From Octopus vulgaris (Eukaryota): a stretch of DNA of 64,000 nucleotides. Below the pieces are notes generated by a model. It made no database searches, was not told the DNA's origin, and saw only the letters and a list, made by a program, of their open reading frames with translations. Shown here piece by piece: positions 1-12,189 of this stretch. Position 1 is the stretch's first letter. Each line of letters starts with the position of its first letter. Position numbers and translations under genes: made by a program. Location: contig OX597824.1 in assembly GCA_951406725.2 (NCBI GenBank), positions 81,592,001-81,656,000 of the forward strand. The letters are read 5' to 3'.

Positions 1-30
1 AATAATAATAATGATAATAATAATAATAAT

Positions 31-588
31 AAATGCCCTGATGCAGTACCAGGCAGTGGCTCTCATGGCTTCTGATCTTAACTGATTGGAAGTGTTATCA
101 TGTACATTGTTTTGTCTTGGTATGAAAGATGGGCTACAGCAAATATTCTGCTCAATGCCACAGATTTGCTTGTCAGTTGTTTGACCGTAACCAGTTGAGC
201 ATGTCTTTTAGTAGCTGACGATATGTGCATCTCTGATCATGAGCAGAAGTAGTGGGGGAGCATCATAGCCATGTGTTGAGAGGGATTCTTTGGGATTTGA
301 ATAATTCACCTCTGGAAACATGGGTGGTTCTTTCAACATCCTTAAACAACCCTTATTCAGGGACCTTTTGAGCGGGATGGGCTACTCAAGCTGAAGAAAA
401 TTCTAACTGGGCCCCACCTGCAAGGTCATGTGCTGTTTATCTTGATATGAGATCACCATGTCGCGCACATATGGTTGTGATGCATGTGCCTGGTGTACCC
501 TTATCAGACGGGTAGTCATGATGGGTTTATTGGGCTTCGTATATTTTACCCCTGTGTCACTTTGATGGCATGAACTGCTCTCTCACTC
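31..588 (+). mobile_element. 558-bp non-coding element embedded in (AAT)n, copy 1 (candidate non-autonomous microsatellite-targeting retroelement)
   Basis: Starts AAATGCCCTGATGCAGTACC and ends CTCTCTCACTC, with (AAT)n on both sides. Repeated exactly 720 bp downstream with ~19 substitutions and no indels. Strand is inferred from the AAT tail. Confidence 0.65.
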
Positions 589-613
589 AATAATAATAAT
601 AATAATAATAATG

Positions 614-662
<49 letters not shown>

Positions 663-679
663 TAATAATAATAATGATG

Positions 680-750
<71 letters not shown>
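589..750. repeat. (AAT)n microsatellite with ATG interruptions
   Basis: Directly visible; explains the poly-Ile ORFs 583-786 and 611-805. Confidence 0.97.
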
Positions 751-754
<4 letters not shown>

Positions 755-1308
755 GCCCTGATGCAGTACCAGGCAGTGGCTCTCATGGCTTCTGATCTTA
801 ACTGATTGGAAGTGTTATCATGTACATTGTTTTGTCTTGGTATAAAAGATGGGCTACAACAAATATCCTGCTCAATACCACAGATTTGCTTGTCAGTTGC
901 TTGACCGTAACCAGTTGAGCATGTCCCTTAGTGGCTGACGATATGTGCATCTCTGATCACGAGCAGAAGTAGTGGGGGAGCATCATAGCCATGTGTTGAG
1001 AGGGATTCTTTGGGGTTTGAATAATTCACCTCTGGAAACATGGGTGGTTCTTTCAACATCCTTAAACAACCCTTATTCAGGGACTTTTTGGGCGGGATGG
1101 GCTACTCAACCTGAAGAAAATTCTAACTGGGCCCCACCTGCAAGGTCATGTGCTGTTTATCTTGATATGAGATCACCATGTCGCGCACATATGGTTGTGA
1201 TGCATGTGCCTGGTGTATCCTTATCAGACGGGTAGTCATGATGGGTATATTGGGCTTCGTATATTTTACCCCAGTGTCACTTTTATGGTATGCACTGCTC
1301 TCTCACTC
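751..1308 (+). mobile_element. 558-bp (AAT)n-embedded element, copy 2
   Basis: Same 5' and 3' ends as 31-588, followed by an AAT tail. Confidence 0.65.
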
Positions 1309-1563
1309 AATAATAATAACAATAATAATAATAATAAAACAATAATACTGGTAACAAGAACAAGAAGGAGGGTGTTGATGGTGATAGTGATGGTGATGAT
1401 GAAAAGGAGGAGAAGAAGGAAAGGAAGAAATAAAACGAAGGAAATTTAATTCGTCCGTTTCTTTATATTTTTCTTTTACCGTTTATGCAAATATGCATAC
1501 ATACGTGCATGCATGCATACATACATACATACATACATACATACATACATGTATATATACATG

Positions 1564-1611
<48 letters not shown>

Positions 1612-1694
1612 AATATATGTAATGTTTTTGTATGTATGTATATATAGATATATATATATAAGTGTGTGTGTGTGTACGTATGTATTGTGTGTGT

Positions 1695-1895
1695 GGAGTC
1701 ACAATGACCCAGTGGTTAGGGCAGCGGTCTCGCGGTCGCAGGCTCGTGGTTTCGATTCCCAGATCGGACGTTGTGAGCGTTTATTGAGCGAAAACACCTA
1801 AAAGCTCCACGATGCTCCGGCAGGGGTTGGTGGTGATCCTTGCTGTACTCGTTCATCACTCTTTCTCTCAATCTTTCTTCTGTTGGCCTGCTTGT
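1695..1895 (+). mobile_element. SINE group A, diverged partial copy
   Basis: tRNA-like head (TGACCCAGTGG A box, GGTTTCGATTCCC B box) and body matching 11458-11837. Confidence 0.8.
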
Positions 1896-1936
1896 GTAGC
1901 AACATCTTTTGGCCTGGTCGGTCACGTGATTACGTG

Positions 1937-1986
<50 letters not shown>

Positions 1987-2637
1987 TGATGCAGGATTTT
2001 TGGAGGGTGGGAGAGGGGTGTTTTGGTTTTTTCCTATTTTTGCTTTTGTTTTTTTTTTTGCGTGTATGTGAACCCATGCGTTTGAATGTATATCGTATAT
2101 TTCTATCATCATGATACGAAAACATTGACATTCTCTAACATACATTTTCACTGTCACTACACTTTGGAAACGGTTGTAAGACTTCCTAGAGACAGCAGCT
2201 AAACCTCTGAATAAGAACATTCTGTCTTCATTAAAATATTGTGAGTGAATACAGTGGATAATATGGAATAGCTGTATGAAATATAATTTGATATCGACAA
2301 TGAGTATTGAAATGGTAAATCAATTGGCCTACTCATCGACTTGGAGAAGTATTCCACAAGGACGAGTGTCCAGAACGTATTTCTTACGCAGAATCAATAC
2401 GACGTGATCTATAACAGGAGCGCCTCTTAAGTTGCATCCGACAGGCTAAACAAAGTGTATCTGACAGGCTCATTAACACATTCCGTCTACCGAATTTCTC
2501 TTACGGAGCTTTGGTAGACCCGAGACTATATGTCTCGAGATTATGTCTAATTATGACGGTCATGTTTGAAATGTTTTTCATATTGTTGTATCATGGCAAA
2601 ACTGGAGCAACAAGAAGCTACTATTTTGTAACGTGAA

Positions 2638-2849
2638 CCTTACTCTTCTTACTCTTTTACTTGTTTCAGTCATGCGACTGTGGCCATGCTGGAGTACCGC
2701 CTTTAGTCGAGCAAATCGACCCCAGGACTTATTCTTTGTAAGCCTATTACTTATTCTATCGGTCTCTTTTGCCGAACCGATAAGTTAAGGAGAAGTAAAC
2801 ATACCAGCATCGGTTGTCAAGCGATGTTGGGGAAACAAACACACACACA

Positions 2850-2916
<67 letters not shown>

Positions 2917-3102
2917 CTATATATATATATACATACATACGATGGGCTTCTTTCAGTTTCCGTCTACCAAATCCACCCACAAGGCTTTGGTCGGCCCGAG
3001 GCTATAGTAGAAGGCACTTTCCCAAGGTGCCACGCAGTGGGACTGAACCCGGAACCATGTGGTTGGTAAGCAAGCTACTTACACACAGCCACTTCTACGC
3101 CT
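2638..3102 (-). mobile_element. SINE group B (tRNA head, CORE-like CCTTGGGCAAGT segment, internal TA/TG microsatellite)
   Basis: Reverse complement of 8238-8652, including the GTAAAAGAGTAA tail. Confidence 0.9.
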
Positions 3103-3422
3103 TGTTGAATCTATCTAATTTCTTTTCCGTCTGGTATGACATAAACATCCAATCATCCCACGTAGTCTTTTCTTTAAAATACGCATCCCTTTTGCTTGTT
3201 GCAATGCAAGTATATCTGATAAGGTTAATATAGACAAAGACATAGTCGAATGTTCGATCTTAAAGCGTAACATTTCCTCAAGTAGCTTTTACAATAGTTC
3301 AGTATTAATCCAAGCTTTCTTTTTCTGTATAAGGCATTTATATCCAGTTTAACGAAATAAGGAAGCTTTCAAACCTGGTCATTTAAATATTACCGTATGG
3401 TCGTAAGGTCGTTTTCTGGTGA

Positions 3423-3712
3423 TTTTACTTGTTTCAGTCATGCGACTGTGGCCATGCTGGAGTACCGCCTTTAGTCGAGCAAATCGAACCCAGGACTTAT
3501 TCTTTGTAAGCCTACTACTTATTCTGTCAGTCTCTTTTGCCGAACCGCTAAGTGACGGGGATGTAAACACACCAGTATCGGTTGTGAAGCGATGTTGGGG
3601 AAACAAACACAGACACACAAACACACACACACACATATATATATATACATACATACGACGGGCTTCTTTCAGTTTCCGTCTACCAAATCCACCCACAAGG
3701 CTTTGTTCGGCC
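3423..3712 (-). mobile_element. SINE group B, head removed by a fold-back inversion
   Basis: Matches the group B tail and body, then switches at GGCC (3709-3712) into an inverted copy of 3319-3453. Confidence 0.85.
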
Positions 3713-4377
3713 ACAGTCGCATGACTGAAACAAGTAAAATCACCATAAACGACCTTACGACCTTACGGTAATATTTAAATGACCAGGTTTGAAAGCTTCC
3801 TTATTTCATTAAACTGGACATAAAGCCCTTACACAGAAAAAGCTTTACGTCTGTTTATTTAATCTAACATGGCAGATTTTAAATGTCAAGAATTATTTAA
3901 GTATTTTAGCTGATCATATCCACCATTATTGTACAGCAATTGTTCCCTGATGGTAGGACAGTCTTTCGGAGTATAATACACCTATACATAGATCTAATCG
4001 GTACGAACAGCACACAAGAGAAGAAGGGCATTTGGATTGTACCCTCCTCCCCCACCTAAAAATTCACAGCGTTTCAATATAATCGATCATTATATTGTAT
4101 TGCTGAGCATCTTTCTGCCATCAGTGGTGAAAAATCTGAAGGTTTTTATTTGAAAAGTGCCTCTAAACGCCTTCTGATAAGCATTCCGTTCAGCACCTTT
4201 GGCATATTAAAGTTTAATTAATGCCAAGGATTGACCTACCCATATTAAATGGTAAACTTCCATTTAACAAGCTGTTTCCATTATTTTGTCCTATTTTGTA
4301 CATAGCCTGAGAGGATTCGAGCTCAAAACCCCTCTACAAAATACTACGAAGCATTTTGTACGACTATCTAACAGTTC

Positions 4378-4760
4378 TTATTTCTTTATTGCCCACAAGG
4401 GGTTAAACATAGAGGGAACAAACAAGGACAGACAAATGGATTAAGTCGATTACATCGACCCAAGAGAATAACTGGTACTTATTTGATCGACCCCGAAAGG
4501 ATGAAAGGTAAAGTCGACCTCGGCGGAATTTGAACTCAGAACTTAACGGCAGACGAAGTGCCTATTTCTTTACTACCCACAAGGGGCTAAACACAGAGAG
4601 GACAAAAAAAAGGACAGACAAACGAACTTAGCCGATTATATCCCGAAAGGATGAAAGGCAAAGTCGACCTCGGCGGAATTTGAACTCAGAATGTAACGGT
4701 AGACGAAATACGGCTACGCATTTCGCTCGGCGTACTAACGTTTCTGCCAGGTCGCCGCCC
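4378..4760 (-). mobile_element. SINE group C, one head plus two tandem bodies
   Basis: Reverse complement of GGCGGCGAnCTGGCAGAAACG...GAGTTCAAATTCC...GCCTTTCATCCTTTCGGGGTCGA...AAGAAATA; the body occurs twice with a junction near 4560. Confidence 0.9.
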
Positions 4761-5617
4761 TTTCTCACAATTCTGCCAATCTACTATTCGATGCACATAC
4801 TTTATTTATAACATTAATGTCATTTCAAACGATAATTGAAACTGGATAGCTATTGAATCTTGATGTAACGTTTAAAACTAACGAACAAGCATTTGGATTT
4901 GTTTGTTTGTTTGGTTGGGTTTTTTTTGCATTAAAAGTAACGACATCTCATAGCAACATGAAATCCATGCTCCGTGAAATCGATACCTGTAGGTAGGTTA
5001 TTGAACTCTTATTTTATCGATCCTACAAAGATGAAGCACAAAATCGATTTCCGATAATTTAATTATATTGTTTTCGGTTTCGTTTAATTTCTTGATTTCT
5101 GCAGGTACGTTTATCGTCAACCAGAAACTAAGAACTTCCTAATAAAGAAAAGAAAAAAAAGAAACAGAAAAAAAAACAATCACGTATTTTACTCTATCAC
5201 AAACATGGGAGTAGCAAACATTGTAGGAAACCAGACTAAACGAATGCATAGTTCAATTCACAATAAAGTTGATTTAATTTACTTCCACCCAGGGTCGATA
5301 AAGCACATTCTAAGAAAACTAATTTAATCGACCCTAGCATTTGACTGGTACTTTACTTCGTAGGCTCCGCAGAGAGAAAGGACGAAGATGATCTAACACG
5401 GATTCGAACTCAGTGCCTAATGGAACGTGACTAAATATGGCAATGGGTTTTGCATCAAGGTCATTGACCGTGCCTGTGTTTTAATGATTATTTCGGACTA
5501 AAAGATAGAGAAACTGCACAAATGCACTCAGTTAAATCTTTAGAAACGGAGGCCGTTGTTTTAATTCCAATATATATGGGAATGAGGACGTCAAAGATAC
5601 GTATACCAAGGGTATGT

Positions 5618-5878
5618 GAATATGTCCGGATTTGAACTCGCAATGCTGAATATGTACGGATTTGAACTTGTAGTGTGAATGTGTCCGGATTTGAAATCGT
5701 AATGCAGAATATGTCCGGATTTGAACTCGTAATGCTGAATAAGTTCCAATTTGAACCCGTAATTCTGAATATGTTCGGATTTGAACTCGTAGTGTGAATG
5801 TGTCCGGATTTGAACTCTTAATACTTAATATGTCCGGATTTGAATTCGTTATGCTGAATATGTCCGGATTTGAACTCG
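5618..5878 (-). repeat. 29-30-bp minisatellite, 9 units, each with a B-box or B-box variant (GAGTTCAAATCC on the minus strand)
   Basis: Consensus GAATATGTCCGGATTTGAACTCGTAATGCT; units start at 5618, 5648, 5677, 5707, 5737, 5767, 5796, 5826 and 5856. Confidence 0.92.
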
Positions 5879-6382
5879 GAAATTAAGAAAGAAAATGACT
5901 AAGCATCACAAGGCATGATACGATACTGTTTGGAGATTGTGCAATCCAGCTCGCTTCCACATAGTTACTACCACTGCGACTAATAATAACGATAGTAATA
6001 TCGAAATCTTATTACAGACTCGGCTTGCAGCCAAACAAGCACTGTGCACGCTTTTCTAGAAACAAAATAAACAATTCTATTAAAGTTTTTACAAAAATAA
6101 ACAAAAACTACTCTCACTCACATATACATAAACAGAGGCAGACCAACACAACTGATAAAATGGCGTAAAACAGACAACTAAATCCACTGTTGACTAAAAC
6201 CGATCTGTTATACAAGATACACACATACAAACGCACACGCTCAGATCCGCAGACAGACACGCATTCGAAAAGGTTGCGTTGCCTAACATTAAAAAACCCT
6301 AACTGTTAAAATATAAACAAAATTCAACAGACACATAGAAATAAATAATAAAAAAAATTCAAAATGAAAAATGAAAAATAAC

Positions 6383-6423
<41 letters not shown>

Positions 6424-6645
6424 GCGTCCGAATGCTCTGGTCCCTAACACTGATCTGGCTTTATTCTATCAGACTAAGAGAAATGAAAGACAAAATTGAA
6501 TTTGGCAATATTTCAAGTCATAGATGATAATGAATCTGAGGGTTTGGGTTTTTTATTTCTCTGCACTTGCATTCAACTATCTAAATAACACCCATGAGGG
6601 GCATTTCATGTAATTATACAGTATCTTTCTTTCCCATGAGAAGAA

Positions 6646-6690
<45 letters not shown>

Positions 6691-6865
6691 TACATTATAT
6701 ATATATATATATATATATGGTTATATACATGTATGTGCTGCTTGTATGTGTGTGTAATTGATATATATATATATATATACATATATATGGTGGTCGTTTT
6801 ATTTGTTCGTTAAAAGTTTTCAAATAGAGAAATGAGAAAATCTTCGACAACGAAAAAAAAAAAAT

Positions 6866-6973
<108 letters not shown>

Positions 6974-7580
6974 GAAATGAATAAAAATAAAGATGTGAAA
7001 AACTAAAAATTAAAAAAAAGAAACGAAATGGTGTAGTGGGGGGGGGGGCGAAGACGATGGGGCAAAAATTATAAAATAGAAATATAAAATTTGAAAAATA
7101 AAATTGAAGAAAATGAAATTGTATTATTTGCTTTGTTTTGTCATTTATTTATGACTATGACTTTTTGTGCGTTTAAATTTTTACGTTACTTGCTCTTGGT
7201 TTTTATAATAATTATTTTTTTTATCTCATTCTTATTTTATTTTTTTTACCTTTTTTCTTTATGGAAATTTTCTAGGGTGTTTTTAATTTAAAATTTTTTT
7301 TTTTTTACAAAATGTCATTAACGCTGTAAGAAAATGGCTGTTGAAGAAAGCACACAGACAATAAATACATTCACATTTATACATACATTGACGAGCAGGG
7401 GGGGGGCGACGAAGTGAAGAAGGCGGAGGAGCATTTTTGCCCCCAGTAGAATTAATGGCGCGCATGTCTTTAGTATCACACCTGAAGTCACGGTATGCAC
7501 ATTAAGCCTTTTCTCACACAGTTAATCCCCTTAAGAGATTTATTTAATAAAGTAAAATTCAGAAAAATATTACCAGCTGC

Positions 7581-7776
7581 TGGTATTTTATTCGAATTGA
7601 GAAAGGGCCAGTTAATAATTAGACTGGATTTTTATTGATCGACAGGTTGGAGGTTCGAATCACGTTGACGGAGACATGTGGTATTTTATTCGAATTGAGA
7701 AGGGGCCAGTTAATAATTAGACTGGATTTTTATTGATCGACAGGTTGGAGGTTCGAATCACGTTGACGGTGACATG
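7581..7776 (+). repeat. Tandem duplication of a 98-bp unit containing a decayed tRNA-like/SINE head
   Basis: 7581-7678 and 7679-7776 differ at ~2 positions; each contains the B-box-like GGTTCGAATCA. Confidence 0.85.
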
Positions 7777-7927
7777 CTTTTTCTCTGTTCATTTCCTTCC
7801 AAACCGTGATTGTAAGGTTGACCAGTGCAGGCTAGTTATAGAAACGTCGTAGCTGTTGTTTATCCCACGTCAGTTCTGATTGAATAGCCCTATGGTCAGA
7901 GCCAAATAAATTATGGTGACCCGTTAT

Positions 7928-8175
7928 GGAGGTGCGTGGCTTAGTGATTCACGTGTTGGACTCATGATCGTAAGATTGTGGTTCAATTCCCGGACCAGGC
8001 ATTGTGCTATGTTCTTGAGCGAAACACTTTATTTCACATTTCTCCATTTTCACTCTCAACTAGAAAAATGAGTAATCTTGCGACGGATCGACGTCTCGTC
8101 CAAGATGAGGAATTTATACGCCATTGAAACTGCGAAACGGTCCTTATGAGCCTGGTATGACTCGAGAAGGAAACA
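7928..8175 (+). mobile_element. SINE group A-type head with a different, older tail
   Basis: GGAGGTGCGTGGCTTAGTG...GGTTCAATTCCCGGACC...TTCTTGAGCGAAACACTTTATTTCAC. Confidence 0.75.
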
Positions 8176-8237
8176 TTTCTTGTTTTTCTTCACGTTAGCA
8201 GCAGTATATATTCCAGTACTGCTTACAAATGTTATAT

Positions 8238-8652
8238 AGGCGCAGGAATGGCTGTGTGGTAAGTAGCTTGCTTACCAACCACATGGTTCCGGGTTCAGTC
8301 TCACTGCGTGGTTCCTTGGGCAAGTGTTTTCTACTATAGCCTTCGGGCCGACCAAAGCCTTGTGAGTGGATTTGGTAGACGGAAACTGAAAGAAGTCCGT
8401 CGTATATATGTATATATATGTGTGTGTGTGTGTGTGTTTGTATATGTTTGTATGTCTGTTTATTCCCCCAACATCGCTTGACAGCCGATGTTGGTGTGTT
8501 TACGTCCCCGTAACTTAAGCGGTTCGACAAAATAGACCGATAGAATAAGTACTAGGCTTACAAAGAATTAAGTCCCGTGGGTCGATTTGTTCGACTAAAG
8601 GCAATGCTCCAGCATGGCCACAGTCAAATTACTGAAATAAGTAAAAGAGTAA
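8238..8652 (+). mobile_element. SINE group B, full length
   Basis: AGGCGCAGGAATGGCTGTGTGGTAAG head, GGTTCAGTCTC B-box-like motif, CCTTGGGCAAGT, internal microsatellite and GTAAAAGAGTAA tail. Confidence 0.92.
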
Positions 8653-10419
8653 CTAATTTTCTATATAGAGGTTTGTAATAACACACCAATCGGTGATAAG
8701 AAATGAGATTAATTAATAATTCAATTATAAAATGACGTTGATTACATATTTTAATAATTAAAATGCAAATATAAAGTTTCCCAGATTTTTTCAACGCGAG
8801 AAATAACCTAATTTGGCCTAAATACGATGGTTGATAAAATATTTGCTAACATTATTTAACCGAGTTATCAAGGGAGACAACATCGAATGTTTATTAACTT
8901 TAACGAACGAGCGTATAGCGTTTGCCAGTGCTTTGTGGTACTATAGGAATTATCTTACTGTAAATATTGTTCAAATATTGATAATAGAACATTGACTAAT
9001 ACTAGGGATTAATTGATATATAATTGTAAGAGGGGTGTTAAATACACATTTAGCTAATACAAATACAAGTTTGATGATTTACAATGCTTTAATCATTAAC
9101 TCCCGTCCAAGCAATGATGAGACATTTAATTTGATATTTAGCTTTGTTTCATTATATTGTATGATTCATTGTTAACTTTGAACACTATAAAATCCTTAGG
9201 TTGACTGAAAGGTGAGTATGTTTAATTTAGGGGCTCCTCTCATTTTACTCGTATATACCTTATTGGCCCAGACATCATGCAGGAACGAGGGAACTTTAAG
9301 CACAATGAAACTGCTGTGTGGTTACTCGATCTGCTAGAAATGACTGCCAAGATTTTTATAAATCATACTCTCACCATATAAATAAAAAAGAAATATGGAT
9401 TTCAAATTGTAGCGCTAATCATGAAAATGGTGCCATATAGAACACATTTGTTGAGAGCTTTTTCCCAGTCAAACTGGAGTGGGAATAAACCAAAAAAGGG
9501 AACCTATTGTTAATTTACTTTTTAAAAACTTAGGACGTAGATGTATCTACCACATCTTATTTAATTCTGCACTGCGGCGCTTCGCATCCCTACATCATTA
9601 ATTTAGTTAAGGCATAATTTCTTATACATATATATATATATATATATATAGTTTAGTCTGTGGAGGAAGGGCCGCACTCATCGTTCTGTTTCTGAACGTC
9701 CGAAACTAACTGACGGAAGAAATGGAACATACTACATACTTAGACAAGTAATTTGGCCCCAATGCTTACAAGAGAGTGGACTCCTCTAAAGATATCCATA
9801 GACTAGGTTATGTTATTACACCACGTGACCGATTAAATCCACACTTCAAAAGCAGTTAAAGTACCGGAAGATGTAAGATACTATATTCCATCTTTTACAG
9901 AAAAGGACTTGATCCATTAGCGTCTACGGTATATTGCAATTTATCAAGGTAACATGCTGTGATTTAAACCTGAAGTCAAGTAATTGCGAAACGACATCCT
10001 TGGGCGGACAAACTTATTAAGCATTGATGTGTTCACAGTAACTTAGAGCCTGCAGAAATGAACAGAAAGTTTGATCAAGTAATCAAAACGATTCGAAGCC
10101 AAGAACATAGTGATGGCATGAACCGGTTACAAGTGAGTATCAAATTGGAAAACTGTATCCGGCATTGGAACATATGCTCTGATATTACAATAAAAATAAC
10201 AAAAGACACAATGAGTTATCTACTTGAAGGAATAGCTAAGTGGACTTGATCGATCCCTGAATTGTAGCTATTAACTCAATGATATTCAGCTTAAAGCAAA
10301 TAGCTTTCATAAATCAAGACTCAGCTTAAATAGGAAGAGGAAATTGATAGTACTTAAATCAAATCAAAGTAGGCGAGTGGCAACAACTTCGGTATCTCAG
10401 AATATAAAAATTAGTGAAA

Positions 10420-10612
10420 TGGTTAGCTGGTAGACTCATTATCACGCTGGAATAGTAAAGCTCAGCGGTATTTCGTCCGTCTTCGCATTCTGACCACAAA
10501 CTTTTCCGAGGTCGACTTTTCCTTTCATCATTTCCAGTTGAGTACTGGAATCGATGAAATCGACTTATACTCTCCATCGAAATTGCTGGCCTTGTGTCAT
10601 AATTTGAAAGCA
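10420..10612 (+). mobile_element. SINE group C, old diverged copy
   Basis: GGTATTTCGTCCGTC...CCGAGGTCGACTTTTCCTTTCATC...GCTGGCCTTGTG. Confidence 0.7.
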
Positions 10613-11457
10613 ATATATTAAAATTAGTATTACACATTCAGGGAGAGGAAGAAAGTAAGTTAAGATGCTAGATATTTTATTCACAATAAAAAGAATAAAG
10701 GCAAGACAACTGGTTGACAGGTCCGTTTCTTTTTATAGTATGAAAGACAAAGGTTAAATTTAAAGGATTTGACTTCAGAACGATCAACGGTGTAGCTAGC
10801 AATCACAAACCACCAGGCATTTTGCAAATTCTGCGCTTAACTGGCGACTAATAATGATTTATTTATCACATGAGCAGAGCTACACGGCCTGGGGCAAGGA
10901 TATTATCGGTTATATCATCTTAAATACTTGATAGAAACTTATTTTATACATATCCTCACCAACAGAGAATAAAAGAAAAGTGATGTTGTGACGCACTAAG
11001 ATTTGAACTCCAACAGTAAAAAGACATCACTAAAAACGCGAGCCACCGAATCTACTAATTCCGCTATTCTCTGGTATTGACAGTGTAACGATTCCTAATA
11101 CAATTTTGTGGAAATGTCGATGCGATGATATCGAACTTCTGCTTGAATATTCTGGTTTGAATGACCTTGGGATATGAAAGCTCAGTTTGACCTGGCGGTG
11201 TTTGAACTGGAAAGGCAAACATAACAAAATATCCTTTTGTTCTGCGATCTATTAAATATTCTGCCCGCTAATATTCCTCTCTACTAAGGCGGCGAGCCTG
11301 CAAGTACCAGTTGAACACCTGGGTTGATGGAATCGACTTAATCCCTGTCAGAACTTGCTGACCTTATATCAAAATTTAAAACGCAGAAGGTCTGCACGAA
11401 CACCGTCATTTTCGTGGCAGAAAATGATGCGGCGCTATGTCCTCTATGATATATTTA

Positions 11458-11837
11458 GGAGGCGCAATGGCCCAGTGTTTAGGGCAGCGGACTCGCGATC
11501 GTAGGATCGCGGTTTCGATTCCCAGACCGGGCGTTGTGAGTGTTTATTGAGCGAAAACACCTAAAGTTCCACGAGGCTCCGGCAGGGATGGTGGTGATCC
11601 CTGCTGTACTCTTTCACCATAACTTTCTCTCACTCTTACTTCCTGTTTCTGTTGTACCTGTATTTCAAAGGGCCGGCCTTGTCACTCTCTGTGTCACGCT
11701 GAATATCCCCGAGAACTACGTTAAGGGTACACGTGTCTGTGGAGTGCCCAGCCACTTACACGTTAATTTCACGAGCAGGCTGTTCCGTTGATCGGATCAA
11801 CCGGAACCCTCGTCGTCGTAACCGACGGAGTGCTTCC
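11458..11837 (+). mobile_element. SINE group A, full length with 12-bp TSD
   Basis: A box TGGCCCAGTG and B box GGTTTCGATTCCC. ATGATATATTTA is duplicated at 11446-11457 and 11838-11849. Near-identical to 23730-24111 and 55348-55740. Confidence 0.93.
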
Positions 11838-11849
11838 ATGATATATTTA

Positions 11850-12125
11850 CGAAGCTGTGCTTTGGTGAGTGTTGCAAAAGCTGCCGAAACAGCATCCTTC
11901 AATTGTTGGGTATTCTGGCATCGCTCATGTCAAACTCTTTCCTTAATAATACCCCACAGAGTGTTGTCGCAAGACATGAGGTCTGGACTTCTGGGAGGCG
12001 TGTTGCATGTTGTTGTGATCCTCGCCCCATCCATCTATTCCGAAAAACTTCATTCAGGTATTCACTGACATTGATAACATAATGGGATGTGGCACCATCT
12101 TGTTGAAACTAACAATTATTCAAAT
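11850..12125 (-). pseudogene. Tc1/mariner-superfamily transposase C-terminal fragment
   Basis: Minus-strand translation gives FQQDGATSH...RNRWMGRGS...PPRSPDLMSCDNTLWG, matching the FQQDGA..H / WPPRSPDL.P.D..LWG motifs. Confidence 0.85.
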
Positions 12126-12189
12126 CCACATTCAACCTTTGGAGTTGTGGAACAAGCCAGAAATGGCGCCGCATCATTTTGTGCCACAA

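Noticed and set aside
2270-2345. hAT dimerisation-like peptide (MKYNLISTMSIEMVNQLAY)
   Set aside because: Too short and too diverged, with no supporting TIR or TSD; would need an HMM search.
5618-5878. CRISPR array
   Set aside because: The units are contiguous with no unique spacers, there are no cas genes, and the context is eukaryotic.
9657-10140. Candidate plus-strand exons (~9657-9747 and ~10056-10132) with AG/GT boundaries
   Set aside because: Weak pyrimidine tracts and no recognisable protein similarity; cannot be supported without RNA-seq.
11458-11535. tRNA genes at SINE heads (also 7600-7670 and 55348-55420)
   Set aside because: A and B boxes are present, but no convincing cloverleaf forms and the heads run into SINE bodies.
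11540-11791. Recurrent ORFs such as MVVIPAVLFHHN..., ...RWASFSFRLPNP... and MRNWYLIYRPRK...
   Set aside because: They recur only because they are read through multi-copy SINEs.
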